In this document: positions 48,202 through 56,858 of the stretch, one piece after another
Layout: every line of letters begins with the position of its first letter
How positions within the stretch are numbered: position 1 is the stretch's first letter
Source of the DNA: Oscillospiraceae bacterium
Lineage (GTDB): Bacteria; Bacillota; Clostridia; Oscillospirales; UBA929
Length of the DNA stretch: 64,000 bases
Reading direction: 5' to 3'
NCBI GenBank assembly: GCA_009782215.1
Contig: WRKO01000001.1
Span: 149,064 to 213,063 of the forward strand
Notes under the pieces: generated by a model
The model's input: the letters and a program-made list of their open reading frames with translations, nothing else
Database searches by the model: none
What the model was told of the DNA's origin: nothing
Position numbers and translations under genes: made by a program

Positions 48202-50958
48202 TCAAGCACCTCCCCACGGGTCGCGCCATGTATCCGGCGGGTCGATTAAATCGGGGTCTTCGGGCGGAAGGGCCGGGGTTTCGCCGTTGTCACCATCACC
48301 GTTGCCTTCGCCGGGGACGGGGCCTAGAGGCGGGGTTTCGGGCGGATTTTCGCCGTTCTCTCCGCCTTCACCGGGGATTTCCGGGAAAAAGTTTGAGGGG
48401 AAGGTATGGTAGGAGCAGAACGTATTGAACGGCACGGCGCCGTCCGCGGTGGTAGCCACGGCGCGGTAGCGCTCCTCTCCGCTTCCGGCGGCGGGGACGG
48501 AGACGTCGTCAGGCTCGTCCGGCTCCGCGGCGGGCGTCCCGCCCGCCCAGCGCCGGATGGTATACTGTTCGTCCGCGAGGGCGAGGTAGGGGATGGGCAC
48601 CCAGCGCGTGGTATCCAGCAGCGCCACCGTTCGGCGCATATGCTCGCCGTGCGGGCAGTAGGGTGTGGCAAGGCGGCCGGACAGCGTGCAGAGGTCAACG
48701 GCTACGTGGAGGTTGCAGCTATGGCGCGGGATGTCGTCCCTGTCCAGATAGCCGACGGCGGTGCGCGCCCCGCCTCTGGGGTCTAAGTGGCAGTTCGGGC
48801 CCACGGGCAGGCCGCTGTCGATGCAGTAGGTGTAAGCGTTTACCCCTTCGGGCCGCTCAAATTCCCTGCGCTCAAGCCCTTCATGGGCGAAGGCCATGAC
48901 GCTGCGCCACATATGGAGGGCGGGGTTTCCGACGCCGGTGGTGTTGTAGTAGGACATATCCCGCCCGATGTCATAGCCGAACCAGCAGACGGCGGTGTAG
49001 TAGGGCGTATAGCCGGCAAACCAGCGGTCGAGGTTGCGGCTGGTCGTTCCCGTCTTTCCGGCAATGGGCATATTGTCAAGCTGCGCCCGCCAGCCGGTGC
49101 CGCCCGTCCGCGTCGCCGAGATAAGAGCGGTTTCCAGATAAAACGCGGTCTTTTCTTTGATGGCGATGGTGGGGGAGGGCCTGTTTTCAAAGAAGACATA
49201 TCCGTTTTGGTCTGTGATATGGGTGTAGGTGCGGGTTTTGTTGAGGATGCCGCCGTTGGCGATGGCGGCGTACGCCGCGGTCATTTCGCGCACCGTGACC
49301 CCCTCGGTCAGCCCGCCCAGAGACAAAGGCGCGAGGTCGATATCGCTGAAAACCTCGTTTCCGATGGTTCGGCTTTCAATCAGCGAGGTCATCCCGAAAC
49401 GGTCATGGCCGTATTCAAAGGCGCGTTCCGGCCCGACCATGTCCACCACCGCGGCGGCGATGGCGTTCTTGGAGACGGTAATCGCCTGAAGGACGTTGGT
49501 AAACCCCTCGTAGCGGTTGGGCGAGTTGATCGGCCAGCCCCGGCTGCCCTCCCGCCGGAGCGGGATATCGTCAACCGGGGAGTAGGGGTGGAGAAGCCCC
49601 AAATCAAACGCGGGGGCGTAGGTGGTGAGGGGCTTGATGGAGGAGCCGGGCTGCCGTCTGGCTCTGGTGGAACGGTCAAAGACAAGGTTGCCCGTCTTCT
49701 CGCGCCCGCCAATCATCGCCTTGATATCGCCCGTGCGGTGATCCACCACGATGATGGAGGACTCGGCCGGCTCGGCGTCGGGGGATTCGGGCCAGCGGTC
49801 GTCGTCGGCCCAGATGGCGTCAACCTCCGCTTGCAGCTTGAGGTCAACGCAAGCGTAGATGTTGTAGCCGCCGGAGAAAATCTCCTGCCGGGCCACGGCG
49901 TCGCTCCAGCCGAAAGCGTCCATCAAATCCGCCGTCGCGTCGCGGATAATCTGGTCTACAAACCAAGAGCGGAGCGCGTCGCCGCCGGCGGAGGTGTCTG
50001 TTCTGGCGAAGGTGAGCGGCTGATACTTCGCGAGGTTGTATTCGTGGCGGGTGAGCATCCCCAGCTCATGCATTTTGTAGAGGATGACCTCCTGCCGCCG
50101 TTTGTTGTTGCGGGGGTTTGTGTACGGGTTGAAAACGGAGGGGTTGTTGGTGATACCCACAAGGGAGGCGCTTTCGGCTTGGGTCAGCTCGTCCAGCGGC
50201 TTGCCGAAATATTGCTCCGCCGCCGTTACGATGCCGTAGCAGCCGCTGCCGAAGTAGACGGTGTTGAGGTATAATTCCAAGATAAGCTCTTTGCCGCCCC
50301 TGCCCGGATAGTTCCGCTCAACGGCCAGCGCGCGGAAAATCTCCTCCAGCTTGCGCGCCACCGTGGCTTCGTTGTTGCCGGTGGCGTTTTTGATGAGCTG
50401 CTGGGTGATGGTCGAGCCGCCGAACTGACCGCCGCCGCCGGGCGCGAACAGATTGTAGAACGCGCCGATGGTGCGCTTCCAGTCCACGCCGTCGTGACTC
50501 CAGAAGCGCTCGTCCTCAATAGCGACGACGGCGTTGATGAGGTTTTCGGGGATATCGGCGAAGGAAATCCAAACGCGGTTTTCTCTGCCGGAAAGGGTGG
50601 CGAGGAGGACGTGCCGCTCCGGGTCGTCGGGGTCTTCCGCCCAGATGTGGGTGGTCAGGTCGAGCTGGAGATGGTCTAGGTTGAAGTCGGTGGATACGTC
50701 GAGATACCGCGTGACGTAGATTGCGCCGAAGACGCCCATGATGGAGCCGGTCAGGATGACGGTGAGGAAGAGAATGAGCAGGATGCGGGCCAAGACGCCC
50801 AGCGCCGCCCCGAACATCCGCCTCACCCGTCTCACGCCGGGCTTTATGTCGGGGCTGAACACCGCGGCGGCGCTTTTTTTGAGCGCCCGCCACACGGCGA
50901 CGAAAAAGAGCGATATGGTATGAAGGACGACCTTGCAGCGGTTCAAAAACGGTTTCAT
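48202..50958 (-). CDS. class A penicillin-binding protein (PBP1A family) with Cys-rich and Gly/Glu/Pro-rich C-terminal extension
   Basis: GT51 motifs (EDERFWSHDGVD, GGSTITQQL), transpeptidase SIKP, SKN, KTGT; AAAGGAGG before ATG 50958. Confidence 0.92.
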   Translation of the reverse strand: MKPFLNRCKVVLHTISLFFVAVWRALKKSAAAVFSPDIKPGVRRVRRMFGAALGVLARILLILFLTVILTGSIMGVFGAIYVTRYLDVSTDFNLDHLQLDLTTHIWAEDPDDPERHVLLATLSGRENRVWISFADIPENLINAVVAIEDERFWSHDGVDWKRTIGAFYNLFAPGGGGQFGGSTITQQLIKNATGNNEATVARKLEEIFRALAVERNYPGRGGKELILELYLNTVYFGSGCYGIVTAAEQYFGKPLDELTQAESASLVGITNNPSVFNPYTNPRNNKRRQEVILYKMHELGMLTRHEYNLAKYQPLTFARTDTSAGGDALRSWFVDQIIRDATADLMDAFGWSDAVARQEIFSGGYNIYACVDLKLQAEVDAIWADDDRWPESPDAEPAESSIIVVDHRTGDIKAMIGGREKTGNLVFDRSTRARRQPGSSIKPLTTYAPAFDLGLLHPYSPVDDIPLRREGSRGWPINSPNRYEGFTNVLQAITVSKNAIAAAVVDMVGPERAFEYGHDRFGMTSLIESRTIGNEVFSDIDLAPLSLGGLTEGVTVREMTAAYAAIANGGILNKTRTYTHITDQNGYVFFENRPSPTIAIKEKTAFYLETALISATRTGGTGWRAQLDNMPIAGKTGTTSRNLDRWFAGYTPYYTAVCWFGYDIGRDMSYYNTTGVGNPALHMWRSVMAFAHEGLERREFERPEGVNAYTYCIDSGLPVGPNCHLDPRGGARTAVGYLDRDDIPRHSCNLHVAVDLCTLSGRLATPYCPHGEHMRRTVALLDTTRWVPIPYLALADEQYTIRRWAGGTPAAEPDEPDDVSVPAAGSGEERYRAVATTADGAVPFNTFCSYHTFPSNFFPEIPGEGGENGENPPETPPLGPVPGEGNGDGDNGETPALPPEDPDLIDPPDTWRDPWGGA

Positions 50959-51063
50959 AACGAAGAGGCCCCTCCTTTCGCGCACAATAATACGATTATC
51001 ATTATATCAAAAATCTTGACAGAAGTCAATCAAACAGTTAGAGTGATGGTAGGGGGGATGCGG

Positions 51064-51573
51064 ATGGCTCGCGTGATGGCGGTGGACTACGGCGACAGGC
51101 GCACGGGCGTCGCGGTCAGCGACGGCCTCCGTTCGCTGGTGGGCGATTGCTTTGTCATTGACGAGCCGCATTCGGGACAGCTCGCCAACAGGCTGGAACA
51201 GGAATACGCTGCCCGGGGCGCGGATACGCTGGTGCTGGGCAACCCCATCAACATGAACGGCACCGAAGGCCCCCGCGCCGAAAAAACAGCCAAGCTCAAG
51301 CTGATGCTGGAGCGGCGCGGCCTGCGCGTCGTCCTTCGGGACGAACGCCGCACCACCGCCGAGGCGGAGAGCATCCTGACGGAAACAGGGGTCAGGGGCG
51401 TCAAGCGCAAGGGCAAGGTGGACGCCGTGGCGGCGTCGCTCATTCTTGAGGGCTTTCTGTTTGCCGAGAGGGTCGCCGCATCGCGCCCGTCATCCCTTGC
51501 CGCTCCCGGTTCGGCGGAAGAAGAGTTCCCGGAAGCCGATTACGGACGTGAGGACGCCAAACCCGGCCCGTAA
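51064..51573 (+). CDS. ruvX: Holliday junction resolvase-like RuvX (YqgF)
   Basis: VMAVDYGDRRTGVAVSD, LVLGNPINMNGTEGP, DERRTT motifs; about 30-aa C-terminal tail overlaps convergent gene; start 51058 or 51064. Confidence 0.85.
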   Translation: MARVMAVDYGDRRTGVAVSDGLRSLVGDCFVIDEPHSGQLANRLEQEYAARGADTLVLGNPINMNGTEGPRAEKTAKLKLMLERRGLRVVLRDERRTTAEAESILTETGVRGVKRKGKVDAVAASLILEGFLFAERVAASRPSSLAAPGSAEEEFPEADYGREDAKPGP

Positions 51574-52248
51574 CGGCGCGGCGTCAATCCGGGCCGCCAG
51601 AAACGCGCCGAGGAACGCGAGGGGCAGTCCGGCGCAGTAAACCGCCGGAACCGGCTTCCAGTCAATCTGCTTGTTCTTGATATGCCCCGGTATCGAGCCG
51701 ACGGCGCAGAGAGGGAAGGTCAGAAGGTTGGTTCCCTGCGCCGCGTGCTGGTCCAAGCCGCCGAAGGCGGTCATCCAAATCAAAAGCAAGACCCCGCCGC
51801 CCAAGCCGAAGCCGCTCAGGATGCCCGTCCCCGTCCCGGCCGCCGCGGACGGAAAGAGACCGTCCACGCGGAAAGGTGTCTCAAGGCTGAAAAAGGAGCG
51901 CGCGGCGCCGAGCAGCAGTAGAAAACCGAACGCGCGGCGCAGCCAGCCCGGCGCGGTTTTCTGAAACAAAAACCCCGCGAGCAGGCCGCCCGCCAAGCCG
52001 CCCAGCGCGTATGGCCAAGCGTCCTGCCAAGGCAGCTTGCCGCGCAGCGCGTACATCGCGGTGGCGGCGGCGCAGAGGGGCGCGACGCAGACGACCGACG
52101 TCGCCATCGCCTTTTTCGCGTCCAGCCCTATCCAGTCGCGCAATAAAGGGACGAGCAGCGCTCCGCCGCCCGCCCCCAGCAAACCGCATATCAGTCCTGC
52201 TCCCGCTCCGGCCGCGAGCCCCTTAATCGTTTGGTGAGCTTTAACCAT
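51490..52248 (-). CDS. TauE/SafE family sulfite/anion exporter-like membrane protein
   Basis: GLLGAGGGALLVPLL and second-half GFGLGGGVLLLIWM repeats typical of TauE/SafE; ATG 52248 (AAGGAG upstream) or TTG 52287. Confidence 0.8.
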   Translation of the reverse strand: MVKAHQTIKGLAAGAGAGLICGLLGAGGGALLVPLLRDWIGLDAKKAMATSVVCVAPLCAAATAMYALRGKLPWQDAWPYALGGLAGGLLAGFLFQKTAPGWLRRAFGFLLLLGAARSFFSLETPFRVDGLFPSAAAGTGTGILSGFGLGGGVLLLIWMTAFGGLDQHAAQGTNLLTFPLCAVGSIPGHIKNKQIDWKPVPAVYCAGLPLAFLGAFLAARIDAAPLRAGFGVLTSVIGFRELFFRRTGSGKG

Positions 52249-53852
52249 AAGGGGAGTATGCTCCTTTCGGCGGTCAATATACCCCAAATGGCAGGGCCGA
52301 TGCTCCGGGCGACGGCTTTGTCAAACCGCAGATTTTGAACGTCGGCGGAAAAACGGCCATGATTTTTATGCTTGACGGGGACGCTGGCAATGGCGGGGTT
52401 GTATTCGGCCAGAGCGTCGGGCGGCACCTCGCGGACGATGGCCCGCTTGGCCAAGGCGTCCATCATATCCCGCCCCTTCTGCGTATGCGCCAAGACCAGC
52501 GACGCGCCCCTGTTGTCGTCCAAATCGGGGATATGCTTGCGGCCGCCGGAGAAGCCGCAAAGGGTGAGGTCGCTGCCGCGCCGCTCCCCGCGATAGGGGC
52601 AGTTGTAGCATTCCTCGCGCAGAAACAGTCCGGCGCGGTATCCACGGAGGAAGGGGTCGCGGTTGACGGAGGATTCGTATGTACCGTTTTCGGAGCCGAT
52701 GCGGGCGACGGGTTTGCCCGAACCAATCGGCTTGCCGGACATCTCGACCGCCGTGGCGCGCGCGCGGATTTTCGTTTCGATGTATTTCAGGTACGCGATG
52801 AAGACGGATTGGCTGACCGTGCCGCCGCAGACCATGCCCACGGTGAGCAGCAGGGGGTGGCCGGGCTTGCCGGCCGGCAGGTGGGCGTAAAGACGGTCGA
52901 TTTGACAGGGCGTCCCGGTGAAAAGGACGTGCTTGCCCTGATGGAGACAGGACACAGCTTGGGCGTAAATGCCCTCCGTTTCGCCGAACGCGTACTTGAC
53001 CCCGCGCATCGGGGTACACTCGGGCATCCGGTCGGCCTTGGCCTGTATGGTCTGGAAGTATTCATCGTAGCGGGCGCCGAAGACGACGCCGCCTCGCCCG
53101 ATAATCTCCTCGCAGAGCAGGGTGAACACGCCCCCGGCGGAGCTGACCGCGCGGACGTTTTCGTTGCGGTTGACCACGCCGTAAGCATGGATGCCGGACG
53201 AAAAACGGAATGTGGTGGGCTTGGCAAGCTCCGGTATCGGCTCAAGGTCGGGCAAATCGAGCGTGGGCAGGGACTCCGGGGTCAGCAAAGGCTCCGTTTC
53301 GGTTTCCGCCTTGGGTTCGGCGATTGGCTCCCGCCGCGGCTCCGGTTCGGGCGCTTGGGGTTCGTCCGGCACAGGTTCCGGCTCAGGTTCCGGTTCAAGC
53401 TCCGGCTCAGGAGACGGCTCAGGCGCAGGTTCCGGCGCAATGGCTTCAAGCGGCTCGGCGGGCTCGGCCGGCTCGGCAGGGGAGGGCGCGTCCTTGGGCA
53501 GAACAACATTTTCATACCCCGCCATGCGGAGCGCCGTAAACGCCGCCTTGTCATGCGCGAAGATCAGCTCAAAAAGCGGCAGCACGGCGTGGCCGCGCGA
53601 AATCCAGTCCGTCTCGCAGCCCCAAAGCGCCAGCATACAGCCGCATTTTTTGGCGGCGGCGATATACGGCTTGTATTTCGGTTCGCCGCCGTGGATGGCG
53701 ACGTCGGCCTCCTCCGCAAGGGCTTTGAAGCTGGAATTGACAAAGGAGGACAGCGGCGCGTCATAGCTCAGAAGCTCCGCGCGCCCGAAGTTGCGTACGA
53801 CCCGCGAATGGTCGCCGCCAAATTGCCCGAATAATAAAATCTTAATAATCAT
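52191..53852 (-). CDS. fusion protein: unknown N-domain, Pro/Glu-rich linker, coenzyme F420 hydrogenase/dehydrogenase beta subunit-like (FrhB C-terminal type) domain
   Basis: C-terminal two-thirds (AVSSAGGVFTLLCEEIIGRGGVVFGA..VLFTGTPCQI..VGMVCGG) resembles FrhB/FdhB family from memory; start ATG 53852 or GTG 53858. Confidence 0.7.
   Translation of the reverse strand: MIIKILLFGQFGGDHSRVVRNFGRAELLSYDAPLSSFVNSSFKALAEEADVAIHGGEPKYKPYIAAAKKCGCMLALWGCETDWISRGHAVLPLFELIFAHDKAAFTALRMAGYENVVLPKDAPSPAEPAEPAEPLEAIAPEPAPEPSPEPELEPEPEPEPVPDEPQAPEPEPRREPIAEPKAETETEPLLTPESLPTLDLPDLEPIPELAKPTTFRFSSGIHAYGVVNRNENVRAVSSAGGVFTLLCEEIIGRGGVVFGARYDEYFQTIQAKADRMPECTPMRGVKYAFGETEGIYAQAVSCLHQGKHVLFTGTPCQIDRLYAHLPAGKPGHPLLLTVGMVCGGTVSQSVFIAYLKYIETKIRARATAVEMSGKPIGSGKPVARIGSENGTYESSVNRDPFLRGYRAGLFLREECYNCPYRGERRGSDLTLCGFSGGRKHIPDLDDNRGASLVLAHTQKGRDMMDALAKRAIVREVPPDALAEYNPAIASVPVKHKNHGRFSADVQNLRFDKAVARSIGPAIWGILTAERSILPLWLKLTKRLRGSRPEREQD
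53214..53489 (-). repeat. low-complexity tract encoding (P-E/A-P)n linker
   Basis: Peptide PAEPAEPAEPLEAIAPEPAPEPSPEPELEPEPEPEPVPDEPQAPEPEP..; plus strand ggctcggc/ggttccgg repeats. Confidence 0.6.
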
Positions 53853-53908
53853 CACCACACATCATCATAGCACATTCAACAAAATACGTCAAGATAGGAA
53901 GTTTTCGC

Positions 53909-55612
53909 ATGATTTTTCAAGCGTCGGCGGGCCGGGAGGCTGATTTTCTGCTGATTACGGGCGACGAGTGGGCCGACCATCCCGCGTTCGGCGCGGCGGT
54001 CATCGCCCGCGTGCTGGAAGCGGAGGACTTCAGCGTCGCCTATCTGTCCCGCCCGCAATGGAAGGGCGTGCCGCCGCTCGACGGGATACCGCGCCCGCGT
54101 CTGGCGGGGCTGGTGACGGCGGGCAGTCTGGATTCGATGGTGGCCAACTACACCGCCGCGAAAAAACGCCGCGCCGAGGGCGGGCATATTCCAGACAGAG
54201 CCTGCATCGTATACACCGGCTTGCTCAAGACGGCGTTTCCGGGCCTGCCCGTCATCCTCGGCGGGCTGGAGGCCTCCCTGCGCCGCTTTGCGCATTATGA
54301 TTACTGGGAGGACAAGGTGCGCCGTCCCATGCTCATGGACACCGGCGCGGACGCGCTGGTCTACGGCATGGGCGAACGCGCCGTGAGAGAGCTGGCGCGG
54401 CAATTAAGTAAAGGTGAACCGCTTTACACCCGCGGCGTGTGCGTCATGGCGGACAAAGCGCCCCAAGACGCGGTGATGCTGCCCTCGTTTGAAACGGTCG
54501 CAAAGGACAGGCGCGCCTATGCCAAGGCGGTGATGCTGGAACACAGGGAGCATGACCCGGTGCGGGGGCGGACGCTCTGCCAGCCGGCGGGGAAAAAGTT
54601 TCTGGTCTGCGCGCCGCCCGCCCTGCCGCTGACCACCGCGGAGCTGGACTTTGCCGCGGAGCTGCCGTTTACCCGCGAACCCGCCGTGAAGGCGGCGGAG
54701 GAGGTGCGGTTTTCGCTCATCCACAACCGGGGCTGCTTCGGCGGCTGCAATTTCTGCTCCCTCGCCTTTCATCAGGGGCGGACTGTCACCGCGCGAAGCC
54801 ACGCCTCCCTGCTGCGCGAGGCCGAGGGACTGACCAAGCTGCCCGGATTTAAGGGGTATATCCACGATGTAGGCGGCCCGACGGCCAACTTTCGCCGTCC
54901 GGCCTGCAAAAAGCAGACGCAATCCGGCTCCTGCGCCGACCGGCAGTGCCTTACGCCCAAGCCCTGCCCCGCCCTCGACGCGTCGCATGAGGATTATCTT
55001 GCTTTGCTGCGCAAGCTGCGGGCGCTGCCCGGGGTGAAAAAGGTGTTTATCCGCTCCGGCATACGGTATGACTTTCTTCTGCTGGATCAATCCGGGCGGT
55101 TTATGGAAGAGCTGGTCAGCCATCACATCAGCGGGCAGCTCAAGGTCGCGCCGGAGCATTGCCAAGACCATGTCCTTGACCTGATGGGCAAACCGCGCTT
55201 CTCGGCTTTCCGCGCGTTCGCCAAACGCTACGAGACGCAGAACCTCAAGGCGGGGAAGAAGCAGTTTTTGGTGCCTTATCTCATTTCCTCCCACCCCGGC
55301 TCGCGGCTGGAGGACGCCGTTGAGCTGGCCTTGACACTGAAAAAAATGGGCCGCCGCCCGGAGCAGGTGCAGGATTTTTACCCCACGCCGGGAACCATTT
55401 CGACTTGTATGTACCACACCGGCCTTGACCCGCGGACGATGAAGCCGGTCTTCACCGCCAAGTCGCCGCACGAAAAAGCCATGCAGCGCGCCCTGCTGCA
55501 ATGGTTCCTGCCGCAAAACCGCAAGCTGGCGGCGGAAGGCCTGAGACTGGCGGGGCGGCCCGACTTGATTCCGGTTCTGCTCGGCCCGTTCAAAAGAGTG
55601 AAACGTAAATAA
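53909..55612 (+). CDS. ygiQ: YgiQ family (UPF0313) radical SAM protein
   Basis: N-terminal ADFLLITGDEWADHPAFGAAVIARVLE, radical SAM CFGGCNFC (CxxxCxxC). Confidence 0.9.
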   Translation: MIFQASAGREADFLLITGDEWADHPAFGAAVIARVLEAEDFSVAYLSRPQWKGVPPLDGIPRPRLAGLVTAGSLDSMVANYTAAKKRRAEGGHIPDRACIVYTGLLKTAFPGLPVILGGLEASLRRFAHYDYWEDKVRRPMLMDTGADALVYGMGERAVRELARQLSKGEPLYTRGVCVMADKAPQDAVMLPSFETVAKDRRAYAKAVMLEHREHDPVRGRTLCQPAGKKFLVCAPPALPLTTAELDFAAELPFTREPAVKAAEEVRFSLIHNRGCFGGCNFCSLAFHQGRTVTARSHASLLREAEGLTKLPGFKGYIHDVGGPTANFRRPACKKQTQSGSCADRQCLTPKPCPALDASHEDYLALLRKLRALPGVKKVFIRSGIRYDFLLLDQSGRFMEELVSHHISGQLKVAPEHCQDHVLDLMGKPRFSAFRAFAKRYETQNLKAGKKQFLVPYLISSHPGSRLEDAVELALTLKKMGRRPEQVQDFYPTPGTISTCMYHTGLDPRTMKPVFTAKSPHEKAMQRALLQWFLPQNRKLAAEGLRLAGRPDLIPVLLGPFKRVKRK

Positions 55613-55625
55613 CTTGGAAAAACGC

Positions 55626-55654
55626 TTGACAAGCGGCGCGCGGCTCTGTATAAT
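55626..55654 (+). promoter_or_regulatory. sigma-A type promoter for the tRNA pair
   Basis: TTGACA 55626-55631, 17-nt spacer, TATAAT 55649-55654, 11 nt before tRNA 5' end. Confidence 0.65.
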
Positions 55655-55665
55655 ATTCTAGGTAC

Positions 55666-55742
55666 GGCGGCGTAGCTCAGATGGCTAGAGCATGCGGTTC
55701 ATACCCGCAGTGTCGTTGGTTCAATTCCGACCGCCGCTACCA
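55666..55742 (+). tRNA. tRNA-Met (CAT), elongator type (Ile2/lysidine identity not excluded)
   Basis: Hand-folded cloverleaf: acceptor GGCGGCG/CGCCGCT, D arm GCTC..GAGC, anticodon stem TGCGG/CCGCA with loop TTCATAC, T arm GTTGG-TTCAATT-CCGAC, encoded CCA. Confidence 0.9.
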
Positions 55743-55812
55743 TCTGAAGCGCCCCTCCCTTGGTTCGCTGAAGGAAAACCCATCCTCGCGAACCTCGGAC
55801 GGAGCGTTACAC

Positions 55813-55887
55813 GGCCCGTTGGTCAAGCGGTTAAGACTCCGCCCTTTCACGGCGGCAACAGGGGTTCGAGTCCCCTACGGGTCACCA
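55813..55887 (+). tRNA. tRNA-Glu (TTC)
   Basis: GGCCCGTTGGTCAAGCGGTTAAGA.. closely resembles Firmicutes tRNA-Glu; anticodon stem CCGCC/GGCGG with loop CTTTCAC; encoded CCA. Confidence 0.9.
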
Positions 55888-55903
55888 GTGACAGTCAAAG
55901 GCG

Positions 55904-55940
55904 AACTCCGGCAATCGTTGCGGTTGCGGGGGTTTTCCTT
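55904..55940 (+). terminator. possible terminator after tRNA genes
   Basis: Imperfect AACTCC..GGGGGTT stem with inner GCAA/TTGC, followed by TTTTCCTTT. Confidence 0.3.
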
Positions 55941-56012
55941 TGTTGTATTCCTTGCGAGTTGCTTTGAGATATGTTATACTTATGTCAATACTGTTTTTAA
56001 GGAGTGGTTGGC

Positions 56013-56750
56013 GTGATAAGAGATTTTTGCCGTGATGACTTCGACGTCATCATACAAGGCGGGCAGTCAAACGCGGATGGTGCGGGCTTCGGGATTGCGG
56101 AAAAGCCGTATGAGCCGAGCGCGGATGTTTTATATTTGAACAGGGACTTTACCATCTGTCAGGCGGCGGAAATGGTTTACGGCAATGAAATCAAAGGGGA
56201 TTTTTCATTGGCGTTTGCCGCGAGAACCCGGCAAGCCGGGTTGCTGGCTGAAGGGCGCAAACTGCTTATCATCCGCGCGGCTGTGGGCGGGACGGGATTT
56301 TCTGATTGCCGTTGGGGGCCGCAGGACGATTTGTTCCTCACCATGATGGATTTGATAAAAGCCGCGCTGTCTTTGAACCCCCGAAACCGACTCGCCGCGT
56401 TTATATGGCATCAGGGCGAAACGGATGTGGGTCATCCCGCCGATGGTCATAAGCAAAACCTAACCCGCATGGTAGGGCTTGTGAGAGACACTTATAACTG
56501 CCCCGATTTACCCTATATCGCGGGAGATTTTGTCCCGCAATGGAAGCAGAGCTTGTCCGGCGGCGCCGAGCCTGTGTCCCGCGCCATCCGTGAGGTTTGC
56601 CAAACACTCAGGAACGCCGCCTTTGTGGAAACCGAAGGCTTGACATCAAACGCCCAGCAAAACGGCACAGACGACACCATCCATTTCAGCCGTGACGCCT
56701 TGAATAAACTTGGTGAACGGTATTTTGAAGCGTTTGCGCCGCTGCGTTAA
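56013..56750 (+). CDS. SGNH/SASA-family carbohydrate (sialate-type) O-acetylesterase-like protein
   Basis: IIQGGQSNADG (GQSN nucleophile motif), WHQGETD; GTG 56013 is 8 nt after AAGGAG; visibly lower GC. Confidence 0.72.
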   Translation: MIRDFCRDDFDVIIQGGQSNADGAGFGIAEKPYEPSADVLYLNRDFTICQAAEMVYGNEIKGDFSLAFAARTRQAGLLAEGRKLLIIRAAVGGTGFSDCRWGPQDDLFLTMMDLIKAALSLNPRNRLAAFIWHQGETDVGHPADGHKQNLTRMVGLVRDTYNCPDLPYIAGDFVPQWKQSLSGGAEPVSRAIREVCQTLRNAAFVETEGLTSNAQQNGTDDTIHFSRDALNKLGERYFEAFAPLR

Positions 56751-56790
56751 TAATCACATTATCGCGGTGCCTGCCCGCGCAAACTCGCGC

Positions 56791-56818
56791 TTGACAAACG
56801 CGGGGGAGGGTATATAAT
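56791..56818 (+). promoter_or_regulatory. sigma-A type promoter of the signalling operon
   Basis: TTGACA 56791-56796, 16-nt spacer, TATAAT 56813-56818. Confidence 0.5.
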
Positions 56819-56858
56819 ATATAAGGTTTATTACAACTTTTTGGGCAGGGGATGACGC

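Noticed and set aside
43483-53858. Minus-strand block considered as a mobile element or prophage remnant.
   Set aside because: Its content is core housekeeping (PBP1A, rmuC, ruvX, reductase). There is no integrase, transposase or phage gene, no flanking direct repeats, and the GC content is similar to the core.
55681-56016. 111-aa and 91-aa plus-strand ORFs spanning the tRNA region.
   Set aside because: They read through two hand-folded tRNA genes (Met-CAT, Glu-TTC) and have no SD, so they are spurious.
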